From: Promethearchaeota archaeon
Lineage (GTDB): Archaea; Asgardarchaeota; Lokiarchaeia; Sigyniarchaeales; SOKP01
Length of the DNA stretch: 64,000 nt
Direction of reading: 5' to 3'
Assembly: GCA_048940645.1 (NCBI GenBank)
Contig: JBHLOI010000001.1
Span: forward strand, 64,001-128,000
Below the pieces are notes generated by a model. The model saw only the letters and a program-made list of their open reading frames with translations, was not told the origin of the DNA and ran no database searches. This document shows positions 48,823-59,156 of this stretch, one piece after another. Each line of letters starts with the position of its first letter. The stretch's first letter is position 1. Both the position numbers and the translations under genes were made by a program.

Positions 48823-50484
48823 ATGAATTCAAATGTATTTACTTTTCTTGTTGGCGGAAAAGCTGGTGAGGGTGTAAAAAAGGCAGGTTCTGTTGCTGCA
48901 CATATCTTTTCTAACCTAGGTTGTCATGTATTCCAAATGGATGATTATATGAGTTTAATAAGAGGAGGTCATAACTTTTCTGTTGTAAGTACAGCACCTA
49001 GATGGATTAGCAGTCATTATATGAAAGCGAATTTGGTAGTAAATTTTGATAAAAGGAGTTGTGAGACCCATACAAATGATATTGCAGAAAATGGGATTAT
49101 TGTGTTTAATTCAGATGAACAAGAACTCGATAATGGCATTGGAATACCTTTAACTTCTGAAGCGAATAAATATCCAATGAAAAAGTTAATGTATGGCGTC
49201 GGTGCTGTTGCGATACTAGCGGCAACAATTGGATTTGAAAAAGAAGAGATGAATCAAATTATTAAAGATGAATATCCAAGAGGGATTGAAGACAATATTG
49301 CTTTTGCAGATTCAATTTATGATATCGTATATCCTGAATGTGGAAAGAAATTTACCTTGGAGAAGGGAGATAAAATAAGACCTATTATTACAGGAAATGA
49401 AGCAATTAGTTTAGGAGCTATAGCAGGAGGATTAGATGTATATTATGGCTATCCAATGACTCCCGCATCAACAATCCTACACACTCTTGCTCGTGAAACT
49501 GAAAATTTTGGTTTAGCAGTTGTTCATGCTGAAAGTGAAATAGCAGTTATAAATATGGCAATTGGTTCGGCTTTCACCGGAGCAAAAGCTATGGTTGGTA
49601 CGAGTGGAGGTGGCTTTTCTCTTATGACCGAAGGCTTCTCTTTAGCAGGTATGACGGAGACACCTGTATTAATTATATTATCACAAAGACCCGGACCAGC
49701 AACAGGAGTCCCCACATATACAGAACAAGCTGACTTAGCCTTTGCCTTAACTGCAGGTCATGGAGATTTCATAAGAATAGTCGCTTCTCCTCGAACAATT
49801 AGAGAAGCGTATTATCTTACCGCTGAAATGTTGGATTTAGTATGGAAATTTCAAACACCAGGGATATTACTAACTGAAAAACACCTTTCAGAGAGTAGTA
49901 TGACGGTTGAAATTGATTTAGAAAAATCCAAGTGGGCAGAGCCAAAAAATCACAAAGATGGTGATTATAAACGTTATTTAGATACTAACGATGGAATTTC
50001 TCCTCTGTTATTTCCACCATCAAAACAGACAATAAAATGGAATAGTTATGAACACGATGAATTTGGTATTACGACGGAAAATGCTGAAAAGATATCATTC
50101 ATGCATGATAAGAGAAATAAAAAGTTAAAAACGCTTTTAGATTATTTAAAGGGACAAGATACTGTTAAAATAATTCAAGGGAAGAAATCATCTAATATTT
50201 TCACCTATGGCTCTACTTATATGAGCGTTTTAGAAGCTCTTCAATATGAGAATTTAAATCCTACTATTATTGCGCCAATATATTTAAGTCCATTACCCGT
50301 CTGGATATTAGAAGAATTTAAAAATCAGAATAATATTGTTGTCGAACAAAACTCTACCGGACAATTTACAAAACTCTTAAAAGAAAAAGCAGGATTAAAG
50401 ATTAGAAGTACCATTAAACAATATAATGGTCGGCCATTTGACCCGATTGATTTAGCAAATAAAATAAAGGAGGTGCTTGATTAA
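48823..50484 (+). CDS. korA: 2-oxoacid:ferredoxin oxidoreductase alpha subunit (gamma-alpha fusion)
   Basis: GGKAGEG, SLIRGGHN, GNEA, YPMTP, ESEIA, TSGGGFSLM, QRPGPATG.PT..EQ.D. Confidence 0.9.
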   Translation: MNSNVFTFLVGGKAGEGVKKAGSVAAHIFSNLGCHVFQMDDYMSLIRGGHNFSVVSTAPRWISSHYMKANLVVNFDKRSCETHTNDIAENGIIVFNSDEQELDNGIGIPLTSEANKYPMKKLMYGVGAVAILAATIGFEKEEMNQIIKDEYPRGIEDNIAFADSIYDIVYPECGKKFTLEKGDKIRPIITGNEAISLGAIAGGLDVYYGYPMTPASTILHTLARETENFGLAVVHAESEIAVINMAIGSAFTGAKAMVGTSGGGFSLMTEGFSLAGMTETPVLIILSQRPGPATGVPTYTEQADLAFALTAGHGDFIRIVASPRTIREAYYLTAEMLDLVWKFQTPGILLTEKHLSESSMTVEIDLEKSKWAEPKNHKDGDYKRYLDTNDGISPLLFPPSKQTIKWNSYEHDEFGITTENAEKISFMHDKRNKKLKTLLDYLKGQDTVKIIQGKKSSNIFTYGSTYMSVLEALQYENLNPTIIAPIYLSPLPVWILEEFKNQNNIVVEQNSTGQFTKLLKEKAGLKIRSTIKQYNGRPFDPIDLANKIKEVLD

Positions 50485-51325
50485 AATGGAAGATCTTAAA
50501 ACTGAAGCTGAAATTACATGGTGTCCAGGTTGTGGTAATTTTGGGATATTTACAGCTATGAGAAATGCAATTCCTATACTAGAACAAAAAGGAATTTCCA
50601 GAGAAAATATAATTATGACCGCTGGAATAGGATGTCATGCTAAAATTTTTGATTATCTTAATTTAAGTGGTTTTTATGGGTTACATGGACGAAACTGTTC
50701 GAATTCTGAAGGTATAAAAATTGCAAATCCAGATTTAAAAATAATTAACTTTTCTGGAGATGCTAATGGTTTAGCGGAAGGATTGGCACATACTATGTTC
50801 GCTGCGAAAAGAAATCAAGATATAACATTTATTTTACACAATAATAGCGTGTATGCTCTCACAACAGGTCAATTCTCTCCTTTAGCAGAAAAGGGTTGGA
50901 AAGGTCCGTCTACTCCCAGAGGAAGTTATGAGGAACCATTTAATCCAATGTCTTTAATGATCGAAGTGGGTGCTACTTTCGTTGCAAGAGGTTTTGCTGG
51001 AGATATAAAACATCTCACTGATCTTATAGTACAAGGAGTAGAACACGAAGGTTTCGCTTTCATAGAAGTTTTGCAACCTGCTGTTCCTTACCATAAGTGG
51101 GAGGAATACAGAGAACGAGTTGAATACCTTGAAAAGGAACCAAAAACTTATTTTGAAGCTATTAATGTTGCCAAGGAAAAACATAAGTTTACATTAGGAG
51201 TATTTTATAGAACTACAAGACCAGTATATCATAAAGAGTTATATGGAGATCATAATCCAGTTACCAAAAGGATGTCGAGGGAAATACGAATAGGAAAAAT
51301 CCGAATAATTCTTGGATCTAAATAA
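50477..51325 (+). CDS. korB: 2-oxoacid:ferredoxin oxidoreductase beta subunit
   Basis: WCPGCG, GIGC, LHGR, SGD, NN.VY.LT.GQ.SP. Confidence 0.9.
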   Translation: MIKMEDLKTEAEITWCPGCGNFGIFTAMRNAIPILEQKGISRENIIMTAGIGCHAKIFDYLNLSGFYGLHGRNCSNSEGIKIANPDLKIINFSGDANGLAEGLAHTMFAAKRNQDITFILHNNSVYALTTGQFSPLAEKGWKGPSTPRGSYEEPFNPMSLMIEVGATFVARGFAGDIKHLTDLIVQGVEHEGFAFIEVLQPAVPYHKWEEYRERVEYLEKEPKTYFEAINVAKEKHKFTLGVFYRTTRPVYHKELYGDHNPVTKRMSREIRIGKIRIILGSK

Positions 51326-51602
51326 GAAATAAGTTTTATTTTTTATAATTGTTAGATATCCACATTATAAAAAACTAAAAAATCCAACTATTTTTAGTGG
51401 TATTCAGATGATTTACAATTAAGTAAATTTAGGCTAAATCAAATATTAAAGATTAAATAACTTTTATTTAAAATAATCAATATAAAGAAAAAAATCCTAA
51501 GTATTAACTAACTATTTTAAGAGAAATTTTTTCAATCTAGCATAAAAAATTATTAATTTAATAATAACTTAGAAAATTAATTGAATTATTGGGTCGATTT
51601 GT

Positions 51603-51857
51603 ATGAAAAAGTGGACAGCATTTACTATTGGAATAATTCTCGTTGTTATTTTTATAGTGACAATGTTTGTATTACCTCCGTTATTAGGGTGGGATTTTCC
51701 TAATATTACCAATTGGCAGGAGTTTGTAGAGGCTATTAATACACCAGAAAAGTTTGTTATAGGAATCATCATTGAGGTGATTCCGATTATATGTGTAACA
51801 ATCGGAGCTATATTTATTATATTTTTTGTGATTAAATTAATTCGAGGCAAGGAATAA
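51603..51857 (+). CDS. Small two-TM membrane protein
   Basis: Two hydrophobic segments; isolated ORF with ATG start. Confidence 0.6.
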   Translation: MKKWTAFTIGIILVVIFIVTMFVLPPLLGWDFPNITNWQEFVEAINTPEKFVIGIIIEVIPIICVTIGAIFIIFFVIKLIRGKE

Positions 51858-52010
51858 ATAAATAAAATTTTTTTTTAATTTCTTCTTGAAAGAAGGATAT
51901 AATTACTTATATTGAATAATATATATTGTATATTAGGTATTATTACATAAGAAGATACCATTTTTTATATTCTAATATTTTAACGGTAGTATCATTTTGA
52001 GATTTTCAGC

Positions 52011-53090
52011 ATGGAAATAACTAAAAGCGAAGATTGTCTCATTTTCTATGGTTTCACACCAAAAATTTCGAAAAAAAAACTAATCCATAATGGATTATTA
52101 GAATTTATGAAAGAAAAGCAAGCAATTGATCCTTCAGATAGATTTAACTTAATAGTTTTCAATAAGGATGGCCCCAATTATTTGGAACATTTCACTTTTG
52201 ATCCTTTTCTTATTTTAAAAACGTTAAAATCATTAGAACGTTCTATAGTTAAAGCAAATATAGCAAGCGGGATTTTTGTGGCTACAACATTTATCATAGA
52301 GGTATTTAAACGAATAACTGAAAAAATCTTTCGGCTGTTAATTTTAATTGATCACGATATAGAAGATGTTCCTTCCCAACTTATGCCTGTCTTAGAAAAC
52401 TTAATAGAAAAAGTAAAGGATTTACCTTTCTTTATTGATGTTATATACTTATATGAACAAGATACCAACTCAAAACCGAATTTATTGAAATTAGTTAAAA
52501 ATTATCACGGTGAATTTTATCAAATAGAGAAGAAGAAGTTTTTAGAAACAATCTTAACAAAAGTTGCTAAAAAAAAATACATCAAAAATGAATTTTATGG
52601 ACAAAATAATTTGGTAATAACTGAAGAAAATAAACCATTTTTTATAAACCTCGCAGACGATCCACCTAATTTTGATAAGGTAGCGACATGTTCCATCTGT
52701 TTTCAAAGAGACAATCAAGGTTTGGTCGAATGCACTGCCTGTGGAACGGTAACCCATAAAACTTGTTGGTCTCAATGGGCAAAAACATCAAATTTTGGAA
52801 TCCCTTATGTATTTAGGTGCCACAATTGCTTTAATATATTGAAACTTGATAAAGATTTTGTACTTGATGTGCAAGCAGGTAGAATGCCTATATCTCCAGA
52901 AATAAAACAAGTAGAAAAGAAAAATATCGTTGAATACTTACGAGAAATTGAATCAAAAACTCAGCCGAAAGTCGTTCATACTGACGACCCTTTTGCCCCA
53001 AAAACAAAAATTTTGATTTGCCCTAACTGTAGTAAAATCATAAAAACTGAAAAAAGAAATTGCCCATCTTGTGGTTTTTTATTATATTAA
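52011..53090 (+). CDS. vWA-like domain + C4HC3 (PHD/RING-v) finger + zinc ribbon
   Basis: DPSDRFNLIVF, RLLILID, FFIDVI (vWA strands); CSIC..CTAC..H..C..CHNC; CPNC..CPSC. Confidence 0.65.
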   Translation: MEITKSEDCLIFYGFTPKISKKKLIHNGLLEFMKEKQAIDPSDRFNLIVFNKDGPNYLEHFTFDPFLILKTLKSLERSIVKANIASGIFVATTFIIEVFKRITEKIFRLLILIDHDIEDVPSQLMPVLENLIEKVKDLPFFIDVIYLYEQDTNSKPNLLKLVKNYHGEFYQIEKKKFLETILTKVAKKKYIKNEFYGQNNLVITEENKPFFINLADDPPNFDKVATCSICFQRDNQGLVECTACGTVTHKTCWSQWAKTSNFGIPYVFRCHNCFNILKLDKDFVLDVQAGRMPISPEIKQVEKKNIVEYLREIESKTQPKVVHTDDPFAPKTKILICPNCSKIIKTEKRNCPSCGFLLY

Positions 53091-53115
53091 GTGAATAATT
53101 TCAAGATAGTAGCGA

Positions 53116-53646
53116 TCATTCAATCAAAAAAATTGATATGATATTTTGAAAATAAATTCCAAATCCTATTAAGAAAGTTAGTAAATTTGCTGTAATAACC
53201 ATTGAAGTGGTCTTTTTTAACCCAGGGTATTCTAAATATCTAGTATTAAAATCTTTAAATAAGTGATTTATTAGAATACATTCTACAGTAATTGGTATTA
53301 TTTCTATTAAGAAATATATGATTAAAAAATAAAATAAAGTTATGAATGTAAGAGATGTGACCATAATTTGAGTAATGGGAAAAGTGAACAAATTAACAAT
53401 TAAAACCGTTTTATAAATTTTTGAATCATCAAATATTTTTCCCCTTAAAAAAAGATACACTACCAGAAATTCAGCATTAAATGTAAAGAAAAACATAAGT
53501 GGTAATTCAAAAAAAAAGTAATATAATATACCTTTAGTATCGTAAAGAGATTCTAATACAATGGGATTAGCCTTTACATTTGGGATACTAAAAATGAAAA
53601 AAATTAGTAATAACCATACTATTGATGTATTCCTAGATTTCATCAA
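53116..53646 (-). CDS. Signal peptide + multi-TM hypothetical protein
   Basis: VKA|NP cleavage-like motif; TFNAEFLVVY, N.FTFPITQ, EIIPI..EC, TANL.TF.IG. Confidence 0.75.
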   Translation of the reverse strand: MMKSRNTSIVWLLLIFFIFSIPNVKANPIVLESLYDTKGILYYFFFELPLMFFFTFNAEFLVVYLFLRGKIFDDSKIYKTVLIVNLFTFPITQIMVTSLTFITLFYFLIIYFLIEIIPITVECILINHLFKDFNTRYLEYPGLKKTTSMVITANLLTFLIGFGIYFQNIISIFLIE

Positions 53647-53701
53647 GAACTAAATGGATAAGTAAATTTAAATATCTTTGGGATAACAATTAATCACTTT
53701 C

Positions 53702-55489
53702 TCATGATTGTTCCCAGTAACAGGGATAAAAGTAGGCAAGATCCATTACGTTGCTTGGGAATCCCCGTAAATGCTTATCCCATGCATCATAATTCTTCTC
53801 AACATAAAGCCACGCATGGGGTCGAAGGTCCTCAACTAAATACCGTTGAATCTCATCATAGATCGCTTCTCTTGTAGGATCGGTTTCTGCAACGCCTTGT
53901 TCGAGTAAAGTTTGGAGATAGGGATCATTTACTTGTGCGGCATTATAGGTTGATATATTGGAGAATAAAGTATTGAGATAATTAGATGGATCATTTAAAT
54001 CAGGTATCCACCACCAATAGTATAATTGTAAGGCATCCCATCCGGCACTTTTTATCCTTAGATTGTATAATCTGTCTTTAAGATCATCCCACGGCATACC
54101 AGCATAACCAAGATAAATTCCAATGTGAGCTAAGTTATCTTCTAACGTAATAAATATTACATCACTGATGGTAACAGAACCTCCAACATTATAAGTTAAG
54201 TTTAAAGTTCGAAAATTTGCCGATTGCCATTGAGTTTCATGATTACCAGGGAAGGAGGGATCCCAACCTACACCAAACCCCATACTTTGCATTATTTCTC
54301 TTGCTTTAGTAATGTTGAATTTAGGATAATTAAATGACCAGTTGGCATATAATACCCCCTCTGGAATGGGAGATTTTAATCTAGTAGTCCTAACTGGGTT
54401 TATAGTATATGTAGCAAACTCATTTTTTTGTATACGATCAATTATAGAGCTATAATTGATAGCATAAGAGATTGCATTTCTCCAAGTTACATTAATCTGT
54501 TTGTTATTGAATCCTAAGTATTGGGTTATGGCTTTATATTCAGCTTCATATAAAAGTACTGCCCCCTCAGCTTCCATTGCGGGGAAGTAGGAGGCGAAAG
54601 GATCTGCTATAATATCTATGGCACCAGAAAGTACTGCCATATTTCTGGCTTCATCATCTTGGATTTTGACATGTACTAAGACATCAAAACCAATTCTTGG
54701 TCGATGGTAATCTTCAAATGCGGTGAATCTCACTTCATAAGCTTCAAGCTTTTGTATTACCATAGGACCAGTTCCAACACAGATACCTGTATCAACTAAA
54801 GCAGGATTAATATAATCTAGTTGTGGTGTAGATGTAGGAGACATGATAACTGATGCAGGGAATGCTAATAGAGCGCGAAAGGGACCATAGGGCTGACTTA
54901 AAGTAAACCTCACTTGCCTTGGAGTAATTGCTTCAACCTTTTGAATAATTGGAACTCCCTGGACATAATATAATGAATCGACAATAGTGGGGATGTTATA
55001 AAAACAGGTCTCAGGTAAAGGGCCCCAAGGATGAGGAGCTCCATTCCATGTAGTGTTCATCAAATAATGTAATCTCTGAAAACTCCATACAACAGTATCG
55101 GCATTAAAATCGGTGCCATCATGAAATTTTACCCCTTGTTTAAGGTTAAAGGTCAATTCTGTTCCTGTTGGATCGTAAGTACCCAAATCAGTTGCCAATA
55201 ATGGATAAAGGGCCATTTCAGGGTGACTCAAATTAAGTGCAAGCAACCCTTCCCACGTCATAATGATAGCATCAAAGGAAGCATCATCCCAGGCGTATTG
55301 AGGGTCGATATCCTTAGCTATATTCATGCTCCCAAAATAAATTCGGGAATAAGGAGGTGGTGGTGGATAAGGATAATATCGATATTGATAAAGATAAATA
55401 AATGGTAAAACATTAAAAACAATAATATTTAGAATAATTCCTATTGTAATCAAATTTTTTAATAAAGTATTTCCATCTTCTTCTCTCAT
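53702..55489 (-). CDS. Family 5 solute-binding protein
   Basis: IDP..AWD, LA, V.FHDGT.F.AD.V, GTGP, RNAISYAINY. Confidence 0.9.
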   Translation of the reverse strand: MREEDGNTLLKNLITIGIILNIIVFNVLPFIYLYQYRYYPYPPPPPYSRIYFGSMNIAKDIDPQYAWDDASFDAIIMTWEGLLALNLSHPEMALYPLLATDLGTYDPTGTELTFNLKQGVKFHDGTDFNADTVVWSFQRLHYLMNTTWNGAPHPWGPLPETCFYNIPTIVDSLYYVQGVPIIQKVEAITPRQVRFTLSQPYGPFRALLAFPASVIMSPTSTPQLDYINPALVDTGICVGTGPMVIQKLEAYEVRFTAFEDYHRPRIGFDVLVHVKIQDDEARNMAVLSGAIDIIADPFASYFPAMEAEGAVLLYEAEYKAITQYLGFNNKQINVTWRNAISYAINYSSIIDRIQKNEFATYTINPVRTTRLKSPIPEGVLYANWSFNYPKFNITKAREIMQSMGFGVGWDPSFPGNHETQWQSANFRTLNLTYNVGGSVTISDVIFITLEDNLAHIGIYLGYAGMPWDDLKDRLYNLRIKSAGWDALQLYYWWWIPDLNDPSNYLNTLFSNISTYNAAQVNDPYLQTLLEQGVAETDPTREAIYDEIQRYLVEDLRPHAWLYVEKNYDAWDKHLRGFPSNVMDLAYFYPCYWEQS

Positions 55490-55729
55490 AGCAGAGAACT
55501 TTTCTATACTTTTTTGTCTTAATATAATTGATAATAAGTAAACTTAAAAATCTTTCATCTCAAACTTGAAATGGCTCATAATATAAGACCAATTTTAATA
55601 ATTTTAATTTAATATTAGCATATAACAAATTTTATGAGCTTAGATTATAATTAGTACAATTCTTTTACTAAATAGGTAATTTCATTAAAATAAAATATTT
55701 TTCTTCCATCTATGAGATAGTAGCACTCA

Positions 55730-56266
55730 TCAAATCAAAATTTTTGATATAATGTTTGGAAAATAAACTCCAAACCCAATTAAGAAAGTTATTAGATTTG
55801 CTGTGATAACCATGGAGGTTGTTTTTTTTAATCCGGGGTATTCTACATATCTTTCATTGAAATTCATAAATAAATAATTTATAAGAAAACACTCTAAACT
55901 AATGGGTATAATTTCTATTAAGAAATAAATAATTAAAAAATAAAATGAAGTGACTAGTAGAAGAATTGAAGCAATAATTTGAGTAATGGGAAATGTAAAA
56001 AAATTTACTATAAAAATTAATTTATAAATTTTTGACTCATTAAGAATTTTTTTTTTCTTCAAAAAAATATAAACAACTAAAAATTCAGCATTGAATGTAA
56101 TGAAAAACATAAGCGGCATTTCAATAAAGAAGTAATATAGACCACTAACAGTATCAAATAGAGGTATCCTTTCTACTGGAATGGGATTAGCTTTTACATT
56201 TAATATATTAAAAATGAAAAAAATTAGAAATATCCATATAATTGATACATTCCTAGATTTCATCAA
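55730..56266 (-). CDS. Signal peptide + multi-TM hypothetical protein, paralog
   Basis: Colinear with 53116..53646. Confidence 0.75.
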   Translation of the reverse strand: MMKSRNVSIIWIFLIFFIFNILNVKANPIPVERIPLFDTVSGLYYFFIEMPLMFFITFNAEFLVVYIFLKKKKILNESKIYKLIFIVNFFTFPITQIIASILLLVTSFYFLIIYFLIEIIPISLECFLINYLFMNFNERYVEYPGLKKTTSMVITANLITFLIGFGVYFPNIISKILI

Positions 56267-56321
56267 GAACTAAATGGATAAGTAAATTTAAATATTTTTG
56301 GAAATAGAATTAACCATTTTC

Positions 56322-58109
56322 TTAAGAATAATCCCAGTAACAGGGATAAAAGTAGGCACGATCCATTGCGTTGCTTGGGAATCCCCGTAAATCCTTATCC
56401 CACACGTCATAATTTTTATAAACATAAAGCCACGCATGTGGTCTAAGTTCCTCAACTAAATACCGTTGAATCTCATCATAGATCGCTTCTCTTGTAGGAT
56501 CGGTTTCTGCCATGCCTTGCTCGAGTAACTTTTGGAGATAGGGATCATTTACCTGTGCGGAATTAAAGGTTGATGTATTGTAGAACATAGGATTGAGATA
56601 ATCAGATGGATCATTCAAATCCGGGATCCACGCCCTAGGGTATAATTGTAAGGCGTCCCATCCTGCACTTAATAATCTCTTATTGTATAATCTGTCCTTA
56701 AAATCATCCCATGCCATACCAGCATCACCAAGATATATTCCAATGTAATCTAAATTATCTTCTAATATATCAAATATTACATCCCAGTATGTAACAGAAC
56801 TTACGCTAAGAAATGTTAAGTTTAAAGTTCGGAAATTTGCTGATGTCCATTGAATTTCATTACTGCCAGGGAACGTAACATCCCATCCTACACCAAAACC
56901 CATACTTTGCATTATTTTTCTTGCTTTAGTAATATTAAACTCAGGATAATTAAATGACCAATTGGCATGAAGTACTCCTTCTGGAAGTGGTGATTTTAAT
57001 CGTGTAGTCTTAGGGGGGAATATCGAATATATATCAAATTTTTTATTATCAATTATAGAGCTATAATTGATTGCATAAGAAATTGCATTTCTCCAAGTGA
57101 TATTAATCTGTTTGTTATTAAATCCCAGATATTGGACAAGATCTTTATGACCAGCCTCAATTAAAGAGATTTCCGCCTCAGCTTCCATATCATCTAGATA
57201 TTTTGATGAGGGATCTACTATAATATCAACCGCACCAGAAAGGACTGCCATGTTTCTGGCATCACCATCAATGATTTTGGCATGTACTAAAATGTCAAGA
57301 TCTATTCTTGGTCGATGGTAATCTTCAAATGCGGTGAATCTTACCTCATAAGTTTCAAGTTTTAGTATTTCCATAGGACCAGTTCCAATACACGGTCCAT
57401 ATCCATAGGGACCTGAAACATCAACATTAGCTGGATTAATATAATCTAATTGTGGGGTAGAGGTAGGGGACATGATGACAGACCCTGTAAATGCTAATAA
57501 AGCGCGAAAAGGACCATAGGGCTGACTTAAAGTAAATTTTACTTGGGTTGGAGTAATGGCTTCAACATTTTGAATAATTGGATTACCTTCAATAAAATAT
57601 AACGGATTAATAATAGTAGCGATGTTATAATAGACTGTACTAGTTAGAAGGCCCCAAGGATGAGGAGCTCCATTCCAAGTAGTATTCATTAAATAATGTA
57701 ATCTCATAAAACTCCATACGACCGCATCGGCATCAAAATAGGTACCATCGTGGAATCTAACCCCTGATTTAAGATTAAAGGTCAATTCTGTTCCTGTCAC
57801 ATCGTAAGTACCCAAATCAGTTGCCAATAATGGATAAAGCGCCATTTCAGGGTGACTCCAGTTACTTGCAAGCAAACCCTCCCACACCATGATGATAGCA
57901 TCAAAAGAAGCAGAATCCCAGGCATATTGAGGGTCAATATCTTCAGATATATACATACTCCCAAATTTTAAAATTTGCATTCCACGCCCAGTTTCGATTT
58001 TATATTGAGAAAAGTAAACAATTGGTAATATTCCAAATAAAAAAATATTAAGAATAATTCCTATTCTAATAAAATTTTTTAATAAAGTATTTCCATCTTT
58101 TTCTCTCAT
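56322..58109 (-). CDS. Family 5 solute-binding protein, paralog
   Basis: Colinear with 53702..55489. Confidence 0.9.
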   Translation of the reverse strand: MREKDGNTLLKNFIRIGIILNIFLFGILPIVYFSQYKIETGRGMQILKFGSMYISEDIDPQYAWDSASFDAIIMVWEGLLASNWSHPEMALYPLLATDLGTYDVTGTELTFNLKSGVRFHDGTYFDADAVVWSFMRLHYLMNTTWNGAPHPWGLLTSTVYYNIATIINPLYFIEGNPIIQNVEAITPTQVKFTLSQPYGPFRALLAFTGSVIMSPTSTPQLDYINPANVDVSGPYGYGPCIGTGPMEILKLETYEVRFTAFEDYHRPRIDLDILVHAKIIDGDARNMAVLSGAVDIIVDPSSKYLDDMEAEAEISLIEAGHKDLVQYLGFNNKQINITWRNAISYAINYSSIIDNKKFDIYSIFPPKTTRLKSPLPEGVLHANWSFNYPEFNITKARKIMQSMGFGVGWDVTFPGSNEIQWTSANFRTLNLTFLSVSSVTYWDVIFDILEDNLDYIGIYLGDAGMAWDDFKDRLYNKRLLSAGWDALQLYPRAWIPDLNDPSDYLNPMFYNTSTFNSAQVNDPYLQKLLEQGMAETDPTREAIYDEIQRYLVEELRPHAWLYVYKNYDVWDKDLRGFPSNAMDRAYFYPCYWDYS

Positions 58110-58193
58110 AGTGGAGAACTTTTATAATTTTTTGTCTTGTTAAAATTGATAACAAGTAAACTTAAAAATATATCATCTAAATATTTATTAAAT

Positions 58194-59108
58194 TCATAAT
58201 CGAAGACTCTTCTTTCCTTTCTTGACTTTAAAATTGACAATAAATATCATAGCTACACTGAGATTTCCGATCCCGAATAAGCCAAGGATAATTAAAAATA
58301 AATTATTTTCTGGAACTGAAGTATAGCCAATTCCTACTAAATCATATTCAATAGTTTCATTATTCCATTCCCAACTAAAGCATTTATCATAATATTTACT
58401 AAGAAATGGTATTTTAGCATGATTTAGATCAGAAATAATGCAATCTTCTTCATGATAACAATAATCTGGTAAATGACCATACACTTTAAATTCTACTTTT
58501 TCAGTTATATTGCCATTCCAGACCCTAGCCGTTCCTACATCATAAATAATTTCACAATATCCATAATCTTTTATAATATTTTTAACACTTATTTCTATAG
58601 ATTCACACAAGAAACTAATTAACACAGAATCGTTTGCAGGAATAGTTATATTAAAGAGATAAAATATTCTACCATCATTAATATCTTCTATATATTTATT
58701 CCAGATTTCTGAAATATTACTTGCATAATTTATAACAATTGCATCATAAATGAGAGCTGGGTTATTATCTATGGTTAGTGAATAATTATATATAGGAGCA
58801 GGGAGATTAAAAGGTATTGCTATAGAGACATTTATTGTTTCATCTGGGTTGAATATCGTATAATTACTTTTAAAGTTCCAACTTAAATAATTCGGAAAGT
58901 TTAAAGTATTGATTTCAAATAAAACTTCAGCATTTACTAATGAGAGAGTTAAATTTTCTTTCGGTAATATCCCACCTAATCCAGTACTCACTGGAGCGAA
59001 ATTTGATTTAACAAAATCAGTATTATTTATTTGATTTAGTTGGATCATTAATAAAATAAGAATAAATAAGTAAATTTTCCTTTTATTCAACTTCTGTCTC
59101 ATATTCAA
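58194..59108 (-). CDS. Secreted, C-terminally anchored protein (DUF4424-like)
   Basis: Signal peptide, YTIFN..IAIP, YDVGTARVWNGNI, C-terminal TM + basic tail. Confidence 0.65.
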   Translation of the reverse strand: MNMRQKLNKRKIYLFILILLMIQLNQINNTDFVKSNFAPVSTGLGGILPKENLTLSLVNAEVLFEINTLNFPNYLSWNFKSNYTIFNPDETINVSIAIPFNLPAPIYNYSLTIDNNPALIYDAIVINYASNISEIWNKYIEDINDGRIFYLFNITIPANDSVLISFLCESIEISVKNIIKDYGYCEIIYDVGTARVWNGNITEKVEFKVYGHLPDYCYHEEDCIISDLNHAKIPFLSKYYDKCFSWEWNNETIEYDLVGIGYTSVPENNLFLIILGLFGIGNLSVAMIFIVNFKVKKGKKSLRL

Positions 59109-59156
59109 GATACAAAAAAGTCAAAATAACTTTTATTTTTTTCCTACAAATGTAAT

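Larger units (their letters stand above)
53110..58180. repeat. Tandem duplication of a ~2.6-kb two-gene unit (SBP + small membrane protein)
   Basis: 595/595-aa and 176/178-aa paralogs; identical 35-bp block at 53641-53675 and 56261-56295. Confidence 0.85.
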
